Positions 20,115 to 29,340 of a DNA stretch of 64,000 nucleotides are shown in pieces; position 1 is the first letter of the stretch; each line of letters opens with the position of its first letter. Below the pieces are notes generated by a model. That model was not told where the DNA came from. It did not search any database and saw only the letters and a list, made by a program, of their open reading frames with translations. Source of the DNA: Nannocystales bacterium (GTDB taxonomy: Bacteria; Myxococcota_A; Polyangia; Nannocystales; Nannocystaceae); the NCBI GenBank assembly GCA_050633305.1, contig JBOEGF010000004.1:160001-224000 (forward strand). Reading direction: 5' to 3'. Both the position numbers and the translations under genes were made by a program.

Positions 20115-23038
20115 CCGGACGCCCGGGCGGCGAGAAGACGCTGTCCGACCTGGGCCTGGCTCGACGAACGCGCTTGGACAGTGGCGCGGAGCACTGGTCG
20201 TTTCCCAGCGGAGCGGAGGACGTCGTCACCCGACTCGTGGCCCTGGGTCGGCATGGCGTCGGGCGCTTCGAGCCGCACCCTCAGAACGCTCGCGTGGCTG
20301 TCCGTGCTTCGGTGGAGCAGACCCTGCGGGGGGCATGGGGCGGTGCCCCGTGGTCGCTCGAAGACGCGCGGAGGCACCTGTTGCCGGTCGCGGAGGCGCT
20401 GGCGTATTGCGAACGAGTCTCTTTGTTCCCGGGGCCACTCACGCCTCGGACCGTTTGGGTGGATGCTGCGGATGCCGGGTTGATCGCCCAGCCGCTGGTG
20501 GCGAGCCTGACGAACGCTGCCGCCCCGCAGCTGCCTCCGGTGGGCCGCTGGACTCCGCCCGAGCCTGCGCGCGGCGAACCGTGGGATCGGATGAGCAACC
20601 GGTTCGCCTTCGGGTTACTGCTGTATCGAAGCCTGGCGGGCGTCCACCCGTTCGAGGGTGGTGGCCGGCGGCTCGGGCTGGCGGATGGAGCGCAGCGGGG
20701 AGCACCACCTCTCCCGGACGCGATCGCCCGCGAGTTGCCGCCGGGCGTGCAGGCCCTGTGTCTGCGACTCCTGTCCCCCCACGCACACGACCGCCCAGAC
20801 CTCGAGACCGTGGTTCGCACCCTCCGGGGAGAGACGAACACGCCGCGGGCTCGCGTCCTGACCGAGGCGCCCTCCGTATCGGGCCCAGAGAGCATGGAAC
20901 CCTCGCCGAGTCCCGCCGCTCGGCGTCGACGCTCCCTGGCGTGGCCGCTCCTGCCGTTGTTGGGCGGAGTCGTCGCGGTGTCGATGGCCCCCTCGGATCC
21001 CGAACCCGCGGCCCGAGCCACGCCGAAGGTCGCGGCTGCCTCCACACTGGTCCCCTCGCAAACGATGGCCGACGACTGCGCGGGTTGCCATCCCGAGCAC
21101 GCCGCGCAGTGGCACGGGTCTGTGATGGCGCACTCGGTCAAGAGCCCATTGTTCGGTGCGCTCGAGATGCTGATCGAGGAGCAGGTGGGCAAAGATGACG
21201 ACTGTCCCGGTGGGGCAGGGGTGTTGCGAAGTGCGGGGGCCGGAGCATGTGTCGATCCTGTGTCCGGCGTTCGCGAGACGGGAACCGGGGGGGCTCTGTG
21301 GTGCGTCAATTGCCACGCCCCCGGGGAGAACCTGCAGCCTGCGATGCCCGCGTGGGACGGTCGTTCGGCCCGCAGCGCGTCCAGGCGGCCTGTGGTCGAT
21401 TTGCTGCCCCGTGAGACGCTCGAGGGCATTGGCTGCGCGTTCTGCCATCAGGTCGATGGACCCGCCCGGCCGGGCAACGAGGCGCGCGGGGATTACGAAG
21501 GCAACCCCGACTGGATCTCCCCGGTCACCGGGCGCCGTTTCTTCGCGCGACCGGAAGACCAGCAGGGAACGCCCGGCATCGGCAACAGCGGCTACCACGT
21601 CCAATCCGAGGCGCTGCGCAGCGGGGCGCCGATCGTTCCCGGGGGGCACGCTCGACCAGCCGCCTCCGCCCGAGAGTACCTGCAGAGCAGCGAGTTTTGC
21701 GGCGCCTGCCACGATGTTCGGCTCTTCGGAACCGATGCCCGCGCAGTGGATGCCACAGGCGAGCACTTCAAGCGCCTCCGCAACGCGTACAGCGAATGGG
21801 TGGATTGGGCGCAGAAAGAGCGCTCGGAGGGCCGGGAGGCCGCGAGCTGCCAAGACTGTCACATGAGCCTCTACCCGGGCATCTGCGTTCCGCAGGGCGA
21901 GGGCACACTGTCAACCCCCTTCGGTCGGACCCGCTACACCGCCCTCGAGCGAGCCTGTCCCGAAGGGACGCGGTTCTCCCCAGTCGAGCCGGGGGTCCGT
22001 CCTTCGGGGCGGATATCGATCAGTTCCCAAGAGGCGGGGCCGGTGTCCTCCCATGCGTTCGCGGGGGTGGACGTGCCGTTGTCACCGCTGTTCCCGCAGG
22101 GTCTCGTGGATGACCCGGGACTCGACGCCCACGGGAGCCCACGTGGGATTGTGCAGCGCCGAGATCTGCTGCTGGGATCGACGTTCCTGTTTGAGCTCGA
22201 ACCCCCGCAGCGACGTGGGACGGGCATCCAGGTCCCGATCACCATCGAGAACGTTGGCGCGGGACACAAGGTTCCCGCCGGCTTCAGCCAGGAGCGCGAG
22301 ATCTGGGTTCACTTGACGGTGACCGATCGAGACGGGCGGGTGGTCTACGAGGTCGGGCGTATCGACGATCCCGCGGAGAACCTGCGAGACAAGCGGTTCG
22401 TGCGGGTCAACGTCGACGATCGAAATGTCGATGCTCAGGGGCGCCCGCTGGGGATGTTCGGCGCCGAGATCATCGATGGTCCCGATGTACCGCAGTGGGT
22501 CGAGGTCGGTCGCAACCAGTTCTCGGGACGCGGATTGGTGAACCTCCAAAACGGGTTTCAGCGGTGCGTCACGTGCATTGGCCGGATCGACGACGCCGGG
22601 CGATGCCAGCCGGGGCCGGGGCAAGGCCGGCATCGTGCGGACCGCTTCGCCGATGGTGCGTACGACCTGGACTCCGGCGAGTGCATCTCCAACTTGCGTG
22701 GAGAGGAGAAGTTCCTCGAGGTGTACTTCCCGGTTGGCGGATTGGACGCGGAGCGCGGGCTGACCAAGGGCCCCGATGCGATCATCGATGAACGGTCCGC
22801 TGTCGCAGGGGAACCGCAACGCTACACGTTTGAGCTGCGCGCTCCGTCGGGGCCACTGAAAATCCGAGCCCGGCTGATGTTCCGCGCCTTCCCACCGTTC
22901 TTGGTTGAAGCCTTCGCGGATTATGAAGCGCTACAGGCAGCCCGCGGCCTCCGACCGAGTGGTCCGTTGGTCACCCGCGAAACCCTGAGGCGACTCGAAG
23001 CCGTGGAACTGGCCGTGGCCGAGGTGACCCTGCCGTGA
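20111..23038 (+). CDS. Degenerate kinase-like domain + TM + pentaheme c-type cytochrome (c554/c552-like)
   Basis: TTG start overlaps the kinase TGA; kinase C-lobe remnants WTPPEP and NRFAFGLLLYRSLAGVHPF; CAGCH, CVNCH, CAFCH, CGACH, CQDCH. Confidence 0.85.
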   Translation: MTGRPGGEKTLSDLGLARRTRLDSGAEHWSFPSGAEDVVTRLVALGRHGVGRFEPHPQNARVAVRASVEQTLRGAWGGAPWSLEDARRHLLPVAEALAYCERVSLFPGPLTPRTVWVDAADAGLIAQPLVASLTNAAAPQLPPVGRWTPPEPARGEPWDRMSNRFAFGLLLYRSLAGVHPFEGGGRRLGLADGAQRGAPPLPDAIARELPPGVQALCLRLLSPHAHDRPDLETVVRTLRGETNTPRARVLTEAPSVSGPESMEPSPSPAARRRRSLAWPLLPLLGGVVAVSMAPSDPEPAARATPKVAAASTLVPSQTMADDCAGCHPEHAAQWHGSVMAHSVKSPLFGALEMLIEEQVGKDDDCPGGAGVLRSAGAGACVDPVSGVRETGTGGALWCVNCHAPGENLQPAMPAWDGRSARSASRRPVVDLLPRETLEGIGCAFCHQVDGPARPGNEARGDYEGNPDWISPVTGRRFFARPEDQQGTPGIGNSGYHVQSEALRSGAPIVPGGHARPAASAREYLQSSEFCGACHDVRLFGTDARAVDATGEHFKRLRNAYSEWVDWAQKERSEGREAASCQDCHMSLYPGICVPQGEGTLSTPFGRTRYTALERACPEGTRFSPVEPGVRPSGRISISSQEAGPVSSHAFAGVDVPLSPLFPQGLVDDPGLDAHGSPRGIVQRRDLLLGSTFLFELEPPQRRGTGIQVPITIENVGAGHKVPAGFSQEREIWVHLTVTDRDGRVVYEVGRIDDPAENLRDKRFVRVNVDDRNVDAQGRPLGMFGAEIIDGPDVPQWVEVGRNQFSGRGLVNLQNGFQRCVTCIGRIDDAGRCQPGPGQGRHRADRFADGAYDLDSGECISNLRGEEKFLEVYFPVGGLDAERGLTKGPDAIIDERSAVAGEPQRYTFELRAPSGPLKIRARLMFRAFPPFLVEAFADYEALQAARGLRPSGPLVTRETLRRLEAVELAVAEVTLP

Positions 23039-25188
23039 CGGCGGGGCCCTTCGATGCAGCGCCGCTGCGTGGGCTCGACCCGGTTTCGCGTCAGCGGATC
23101 GAGGCGGCCGGCACCACCCGTCAGCTCCAAGCCGGTGACGTTTTGTTCGAGGCCGGGCAGGACGCCGATGCCCTGTACGTCGTGTTGAGCGGGCAGGTGC
23201 GTGTGTCTTCGGAGGGGGGTGTTCTTCGGGTGGCGGAGCCCGGCCACACGCTGGGTGAGGAGGCCATGCTGGCGGTTCCGCGACGGGCCCGTGCCATGGC
23301 GCAAACCGACGCGGAGGTGTTCGCCGTCACGGCCGCGCTGCTGAGTCGCTCGTGGACTCGGGCGGGCGGGCGTCCAGCCGCAGCGGCCGAACGGCGACGG
23401 CTGGAGCGCGCGGTCGTGGGGGACCTGCTGCGGGTGACACTTCCCGAGCTCGAGGCAGACGCGATCGAGCTGCTCCTCGACGGGTCCAGCCTACGGACCA
23501 TCGAAGCCGGGAGCTTCGCGGCACGCACGGGGGACCCGGCGGTCGCGGGCGCCTTCGTCCTGGACGGGGTGTTGCACGTTCGCAGCCAGGGCACCCGGGT
23601 CGTGGAGCGCGTGGCATTGAGCTCAGATGTCTTGGGTCTCGAAGAGACGTTGCGTGACCGTCCGTGGTCCCACGATGTGGTCGCGGCGGCCGACTGTCAG
23701 GTCGTGTGGATTCGTGCAGATGCCATGCGCTCCGCACTCGGAGCCTCTGCGGAAGCGCTCGAGGCCCGGACTCGGCGGCGGTCCGAGGCTCGCGCTGCGA
23801 TTCTGAGTGGAATGCACACTGGCCCCGTACCCGAGCCGGTCGACGTACATCGGCTGGCCCGTGCGCGTTCGCTGCTGGTGATCGATCAAGACAGCTGCGT
23901 TCGGTGTGGCCAGTGCACGCGTTCGTGTGCGTCGCAGCATGTGGATGGTCAGGCCCGGATGACCCGCCAGGGGCCGCGTTTGCTCGCGCGGATCGGCACG
24001 TCGTCCAGCCCCAGCACCCCATGGCTCTTGGCCCAGGCGTGCCAGCACTGTTCCAGTCCGGCGTGCTTGCCGGACTGCCCGACCGCGGCCATCAGCCGCG
24101 ATCGGGACGGGTCGGTTCAGATCGATGCCGCCCTGTGTACGGGGTGTGGGGCGTGCGCAAAGGCCTGCCCTTGGGACGCGGTCGAGCTCGCCGCGCGTCC
24201 TGTCGGGACGCCGTCGCCCGATGGCGGGCCGTTCGAGTCGGTTGCGGTCAAGTGTGACCTCTGCGTTGGTAACGCGAGCGGGCCCGCTTGTGTTCAGTCG
24301 TGCCCGACCGAGGCGTTGATGCGCGTCGACGCCGGGACCGAGATCGTGGAGGCCGCGGGCGTGCTGGGTCGCCCCGCACCCGCACGAAATCGCAAGCCTC
24401 GGGTGTGGCCGTGGCTGACCTCGGCGGGGATCGGTGCCTCGCTCGCAGGGGGTGCGTGGGGTGTGTCGAAACACGACGCGGGCTGGATTGCGGGCGCGGG
24501 ACCCGGGCTGTGGATGGGGTGGCTCGCCGCGACTGCGCTGCTGGGCAGCGTCGCCTATGCGGGTTTGAGGCGCCGAGCGTGGCCGGTGGGGCGCGGTCCC
24601 CATGGTCTTGGACTGCACGGCATTCTCGGGGCGCTCGCCTGGAGCGGAGCTTGGGCCCACAGTGGTGGTCACGCCGTCGGCGTCGCCGGGGTTCTGGCGG
24701 GCGTCCTGCTGCTTGCGGTCGCACTCGGTCTGCACGGACTCGTGGCCTATCGGGTGCTGCCCTCGCGGCTGACTCGCCTGGAGTCGCGCGCGCCGAACGA
24801 TGCCTGGGTGGAGGCCCCGGATCGGGCGGACGCGCTCATGCGTGCGGTGGGGGGACGCAGTGACGCGCTCAAGCGGTTGACCGCGGCGATTCTGCTCCCG
24901 TACGTGCGGCGCCCTGGGGGAGGCTTGGTGTTGTTGCTGTCCGGGCGGTCGCTGGCCGCCGAGCATCAAAGGCTCCGCGCACGGCTGGGGAACCAGTTGG
25001 GTACGGAGCGGCTGGACCGGATGGACGGGCTGGACGAGGTGTTGGCCGCGGTGGTCGATGCTCGTGCCTCTGGGGCCCGCCGGGTGCTTCGAGGGCTGCT
25101 CCGGGGATGGCTCGCCCCCCACATCGTCTTCTCCGCATTGTCGGTCGTCCTGCTCGCGGTTCATGTGCATGCGCAGGTCGGCCCATGA
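23035..25188 (+). CDS. Two cNMP-binding domains + DmsB/NrfC-like 4x[4Fe-4S] domain + membrane domain
   Basis: LF..GQDADALYVVLSGQVRV..GEEAML..PRRA; CVRCGQCTRSC, CQHCSSPACLPDCP, CTGCGACAKACP, CDLC..PACVQSCP; His-containing TMs. Confidence 0.9.
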   Translation: MTAGPFDAAPLRGLDPVSRQRIEAAGTTRQLQAGDVLFEAGQDADALYVVLSGQVRVSSEGGVLRVAEPGHTLGEEAMLAVPRRARAMAQTDAEVFAVTAALLSRSWTRAGGRPAAAAERRRLERAVVGDLLRVTLPELEADAIELLLDGSSLRTIEAGSFAARTGDPAVAGAFVLDGVLHVRSQGTRVVERVALSSDVLGLEETLRDRPWSHDVVAAADCQVVWIRADAMRSALGASAEALEARTRRRSEARAAILSGMHTGPVPEPVDVHRLARARSLLVIDQDSCVRCGQCTRSCASQHVDGQARMTRQGPRLLARIGTSSSPSTPWLLAQACQHCSSPACLPDCPTAAISRDRDGSVQIDAALCTGCGACAKACPWDAVELAARPVGTPSPDGGPFESVAVKCDLCVGNASGPACVQSCPTEALMRVDAGTEIVEAAGVLGRPAPARNRKPRVWPWLTSAGIGASLAGGAWGVSKHDAGWIAGAGPGLWMGWLAATALLGSVAYAGLRRRAWPVGRGPHGLGLHGILGALAWSGAWAHSGGHAVGVAGVLAGVLLLAVALGLHGLVAYRVLPSRLTRLESRAPNDAWVEAPDRADALMRAVGGRSDALKRLTAAILLPYVRRPGGGLVLLLSGRSLAAEHQRLRARLGNQLGTERLDRMDGLDEVLAAVVDARASGARRVLRGLLRGWLAPHIVFSALSVVLLAVHVHAQVGP

Positions 25189-27296
25189 AACGAGGGCTTT
25201 GGAGCGACCCCTCCGGCCCTCGTCGTCGGCATGCGCCGGCCGCCACGGTTCGGACCGACCAAGGCATGCGGCGCGGGCTGTTGTGGGCGGTTGCAGTCGC
25301 CGGGCTGCTCGTCGGAGGCCTGGCGCTGTGGACCGGTCGCGACACGGCCCCAAGACATCCCGTAGGCAGGCCTCATGTGCAGGCGGGGTTGGTTTGCGGG
25401 AGCTGCCACGAGCCGGGCTCGCCCCAACCGACCTCGTGTGGGCAGTGTCATGCAGGGCACGCATCGACACGGTCCGGTCACCGGGCGCTCCAACAGCGCG
25501 GCGCCCTTCGGTGTGTCGACTGCCACCGAATCCACGAGGACTTCGGCGGGGTCAGCTGGGGTCCCGAAGGCACCACGCGGTTCGGCGTGGGGGGCGAGCG
25601 ACGAGTTGCCGATGGTCCGCTCGGGGCGGCGGTGCGAGGGACGGTTCCAGTGGTCCCCACGGCAGCCTGTGCCCGATGTCATGACCCGAGCGCACCGACC
25701 GATCCGATCGGCCGTTGCCTGGACCGCTCGGGGTCGATGACGCTGTGCTTCGACGAGCACCAGCGGGTTCAAGGCGCCACGTTGGGGGACGCGGGCACAC
25801 AAGACCGCTTGGTGCTCTGGACCAAGGCTCGCGAGGCCGTCGCCGCGGCCCCCGCTCCGCCGATCCCTGCCTCCCAGGACACCCGGGGGTTGTGGGGGGG
25901 CGTGGCCGTGGTCGGATTTGTCGTCTTGGTGCTCCGCGCCCTGTGGATTCGGCCTCGCCGAAGGCGCGCCGGGTTGGCCGCCGATGCCGATGCCGTGGAT
26001 GTGCAACCGCCGCAGCGGGTTCGACTCCCTCAGATCGATGCCATGACCTGTCTGGGTTGCTCCGCATGCGTGGACGCGTGTCCCTACGATGTCCTGGCGT
26101 TGGAAGCCTACGTCGCGAAGGTGGCCCGACCTCAGGACTGTTGCGGGCTGACGACTTGCGAGGAGCGGTGTCCCAACGGGTCGCTCATCGTGCACGACGG
26201 CGCCCCCATCGACGACCGCCCGGCAGTGACTCAGACTCTGGAGTCCGCCGATGTCCCCGGGCTGTACCTTGCGGGCGACCTCACTGGCATGCCGCTGATC
26301 CGCAATGCGATCAACCAGGGGGCGGTGGCGGTTCGCAGCGCGGTCGCCTCGGGCCGAAGAACAGTGGGGGATCAACTCGACCTCGTCATCGTGGGGGCTG
26401 GACCTGCGGGGCTCTCCGCCGCGCTGCAAGCCAAGCAGGAGGGCCTTCGTTTCGTCGTGGTCGACCAGGGGGATCTGGCCCAGAGCATCCAGAGCTTCCC
26501 GCGCGGGAAGCTCGTGTTTGACCAGCCGCTGAGTGTTCCGCTGATCGGGGACCTCTGGTTGGCGGAGAGCACCAAGGAGGAGCTACTCCGGCATTGGACG
26601 CGCATCGTTCGGGCCCAAGCGCTCCCGCTGCACACGCATCACCGGGTGACCGGGATCGTAGGAGATGCCGATGGATTCAGGGTCACTTGCGTGCAATCCG
26701 ATGAAAACACCGTGGAGTTCAGGTCCGCTCAGGTGGTGTTGGCGATCGGTCGGCGAGGCACGCCGCGCGCGCTCCCGGCCTCCATCGTGCCTTCGATGGA
26801 AGGCCAAGTCTTCTACAGTCTCGCCGACGCTCGCTCGTTCGCTCAGCGTCGGTGTGTGGTGGTGGGGCTGGGCGACGTGGCGATGGAGGCCGCGCTGGCA
26901 CTCTCCTACGCACCAGGCACCACGGTGACGGTGGTGGCGCGTGGGGGCGACTTCCGGCGCGGAAAGGCGCGCAACATCGAGGCGATGAGGGCTGCGGAGG
27001 CCGCTGGCCGGCTCGAGGTTCGGTGGCGCTCCACCGTGGAGTCGGTCGGGGCCCAGGAGACGGTCCTGCGAAGCGGAGGTGAGTCGATCTCGGTCCCCGC
27101 CGATGCTGTCTTCGTCCTGATCGGCTCGATTGCGCCGTGGGAATTCCTGGCGGCGGCGGGCGTGCGCCGAGCCGGAGGCCGGTCTACGCCCAAGGGCGGG
27201 TCGAAAAGAACGCCGGCTCCAGATCGGAGCGGCGACTCGCGCGTTCAGCCCTCTCACGCGGGTCCGCCTTCAGGCCGGCCCGAGGGGATCGCATGA
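25185..27296 (+). CDS. Tetraheme cytochrome c + TM + ferredoxin + FAD/NAD(P)H oxidoreductase (TrxR-fold)
   Basis: CGSCH, CGQCH, CVDCH, CARCH; CLGCSACVDACP; LYLAGD; IVGAGPAGLSAA; LAIGRRG; VVGLGDVAMEAA. ATGA overlap. Confidence 0.9.
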   Translation: MKRGLWSDPSGPRRRHAPAATVRTDQGMRRGLLWAVAVAGLLVGGLALWTGRDTAPRHPVGRPHVQAGLVCGSCHEPGSPQPTSCGQCHAGHASTRSGHRALQQRGALRCVDCHRIHEDFGGVSWGPEGTTRFGVGGERRVADGPLGAAVRGTVPVVPTAACARCHDPSAPTDPIGRCLDRSGSMTLCFDEHQRVQGATLGDAGTQDRLVLWTKAREAVAAAPAPPIPASQDTRGLWGGVAVVGFVVLVLRALWIRPRRRRAGLAADADAVDVQPPQRVRLPQIDAMTCLGCSACVDACPYDVLALEAYVAKVARPQDCCGLTTCEERCPNGSLIVHDGAPIDDRPAVTQTLESADVPGLYLAGDLTGMPLIRNAINQGAVAVRSAVASGRRTVGDQLDLVIVGAGPAGLSAALQAKQEGLRFVVVDQGDLAQSIQSFPRGKLVFDQPLSVPLIGDLWLAESTKEELLRHWTRIVRAQALPLHTHHRVTGIVGDADGFRVTCVQSDENTVEFRSAQVVLAIGRRGTPRALPASIVPSMEGQVFYSLADARSFAQRRCVVVGLGDVAMEAALALSYAPGTTVTVVARGGDFRRGKARNIEAMRAAEAAGRLEVRWRSTVESVGAQETVLRSGGESISVPADAVFVLIGSIAPWEFLAAAGVRRAGGRSTPKGGSKRTPAPDRSGDSRVQPSHAGPPSGRPEGIA

Positions 27297-28798
27297 AGCT
27301 CTCGACCTTTGCCGGACTCGCCGTGGCCTGCCTACTCACCAGCTCTGCTGCCGGAATGGCGCTGGCGGGAAGCCTGGCGAGCGCCCCTTCGCCGCCGTCG
27401 TCGGCAGCGGCCTACACCCCGCTGGACACCGACCCGGCGGCGAGCCTGCTCTCGGTACTCCAGCCGGCGCGTGACCGCTTCGACTCCGGCGCCACCGTCC
27501 ATGTTGAAGGGAGGTTGGGCCATGCGACCATGGCGGCGGGGCGCAGCGCGAAGACGTTCGTGCACCTCGACCTACACGCGGACGAAGAGTTGCGCGCCGC
27601 CGAGGCCGCCTCGACCAATCTCTCCATCGTGATCGATCGGTCCCGTTCGATGAAGGGCCAGCGCATGGAGAACGCGTTGGCGGCCGCGCGTGGCATGATC
27701 AGTCGACTGCGCGACGGAGATACGGTCAGTGTTGTTGTCTACAACACCCAGAGCACGGTGCTCGTTCCGCCCACCCAGATCACGGCGAACTCACGAGGCG
27801 AGCTGGGCCTGCAGCTCCGCAGCATCGAAGCGCGCGGCCACACCTGCATCTCGTGCGGGGTGGAAGAAGGGCTCGCACAGCTGGCGCGGGGGCAGGGGGC
27901 CGTGTCTCGAATGCTCTTGCTCAGCGACGGTCAGGCCAACACAGGGATCCGGAAGACCGAAGGCTTCGAACGACTGGCCGAGCAGGCCCGCGGCCGGGGC
28001 GTGAGCATCAGCTCCTTGGGGGTGGATGTCGACTACGACGAGCGGCTGTTGCTCGCCGTCGCCCAGGCCTCCAACGGGCGGCACTACTTCGTTCGGGACC
28101 CGTCGGGGCTGGCGCGGGTGTTTGAGGGGGAACTCCGTTCCCTGCAGAAGACCGTCGCGTCGGGGGTTGAGGCGGTGATCGATCTGGGCCCGGGAGTCGA
28201 GGTCACGCAAGTCTTTGACCGTGGGTTCACGCGGCGGGGCCGTGCCCTCGTTGTTCCGTTCGGCGCTTTTGCGGCTGGGGACCGGAAGTCCCTGTTGTTC
28301 GAAGTTCAGCTCCCGCGGGGGAGCGCTGGCCTACGGGATGTCGCTGACGTGCAGCTTCGCTATCGGGACCTCACCACCGATCCGCAAGGAGAGGGTGCCT
28401 GTGAAGGACAGCTCGCGGTGCGACTGACGGACGATTCCGGCGCTGTGTCGCCCTTGGACCCGTTGGTCGAGGCTCGCCTCGCCCGGGCCGAGACGTCGGC
28501 GGCGCTACGCGAGGCGAACGAGGCGTTTGCAGCGGGAGATGTGACGCGCGCGCGAGCCAAGCTCAAGAGAACCCGCGGTCGAATCCACAAGCGCCGTTCG
28601 GCGAGTCGCCCCCTCGCGAAGAAAGCGCAGCGAAAGCGTTTCGACGACGCCTTCGACGGTCAGTTCGAGGCCCTGGACCGAGCCGGCAAGAACTTCGAGG
28701 AGGCGGAGCGAATCTCGCCCTTCGAGCCGGCGGCGAGCCCCGCCGGGAAGGCTTCGGTTCGCAGTAACGCCGACGCCCTGTCGGGCCTCGGGCTCTGA
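27293..28798 (+). CDS. Exported von Willebrand factor A domain protein
   Basis: Signal peptide; MIDAS elements IDRSRSM, GHT and LLSDGQAN; ATGA overlap. Confidence 0.9.
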   Translation: MKLSTFAGLAVACLLTSSAAGMALAGSLASAPSPPSSAAAYTPLDTDPAASLLSVLQPARDRFDSGATVHVEGRLGHATMAAGRSAKTFVHLDLHADEELRAAEAASTNLSIVIDRSRSMKGQRMENALAAARGMISRLRDGDTVSVVVYNTQSTVLVPPTQITANSRGELGLQLRSIEARGHTCISCGVEEGLAQLARGQGAVSRMLLLSDGQANTGIRKTEGFERLAEQARGRGVSISSLGVDVDYDERLLLAVAQASNGRHYFVRDPSGLARVFEGELRSLQKTVASGVEAVIDLGPGVEVTQVFDRGFTRRGRALVVPFGAFAAGDRKSLLFEVQLPRGSAGLRDVADVQLRYRDLTTDPQGEGACEGQLAVRLTDDSGAVSPLDPLVEARLARAETSAALREANEAFAAGDVTRARAKLKRTRGRIHKRRSASRPLAKKAQRKRFDDAFDGQFEALDRAGKNFEEAERISPFEPAASPAGKASVRSNADALSGLGL

Positions 28799-28905
28799 GT
28801 CCGCGCATCTCTCGCGACCGCGGTATCCCCTGGCTGAGGCGGCCGAGGACCGGGTTGTGCATGGCGCTCCACGTGGGGGCACAGCGGGGCTACGATGCCG
28901 GCTCG

Positions 28906-29340
28906 ATGAGCGTCGCAGTCGGCAAGGACATCTACTCCACGTGCGGGAAATGTGGCGACGTATGGCACGTCGTCGCGGCGATGAGCGGTGACCGGGTCAC
29001 CAAGGTGACGTGCAAGAACTGCATTGGGTCGCACCGGTACAAGGCGCCCGCGGGTGAGGTCGACGTGAACGCGTCCGCGAAGGGCAAACGCCGAACGATC
29101 AGCACCAAGCGCAAGCCTGCGCGGGCCGTGGTCCCTGCCTCCGCCGACAACCCTCTGATCGAGGCCAACATGGACCGCCCGATTCAGGAGTATTCGATGC
29201 GCACCACGTTCGAGCCCGGGGACCGCGTCGCACACCCGAAGTTCGGCAACGGCGTGGTCGAGGGGACCTCGGAGGTTGGCAAGATGTTGGTGTTCTTCAA
29301 GACCGGCGGCCGCAAGACACTCGCGCACGATCGCGGCTGA
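28906..29340 (+). CDS. Small Zn-ribbon protein with C-terminal UvrD/PcrA-CTD-like (Tudor/SH3) domain
   Basis: CGKC..WH..CKNC..H; FEPGDRVAHPKFGNGVV. Confidence 0.8.
   Translation: MSVAVGKDIYSTCGKCGDVWHVVAAMSGDRVTKVTCKNCIGSHRYKAPAGEVDVNASAKGKRRTISTKRKPARAVVPASADNPLIEANMDRPIQEYSMRTTFEPGDRVAHPKFGNGVVEGTSEVGKMLVFFKTGGRKTLAHDRG

Noticed and set aside
22565..22579. CVTC as a sixth heme site
   Set aside because: It is followed by Ile, not His; more likely a disulfide
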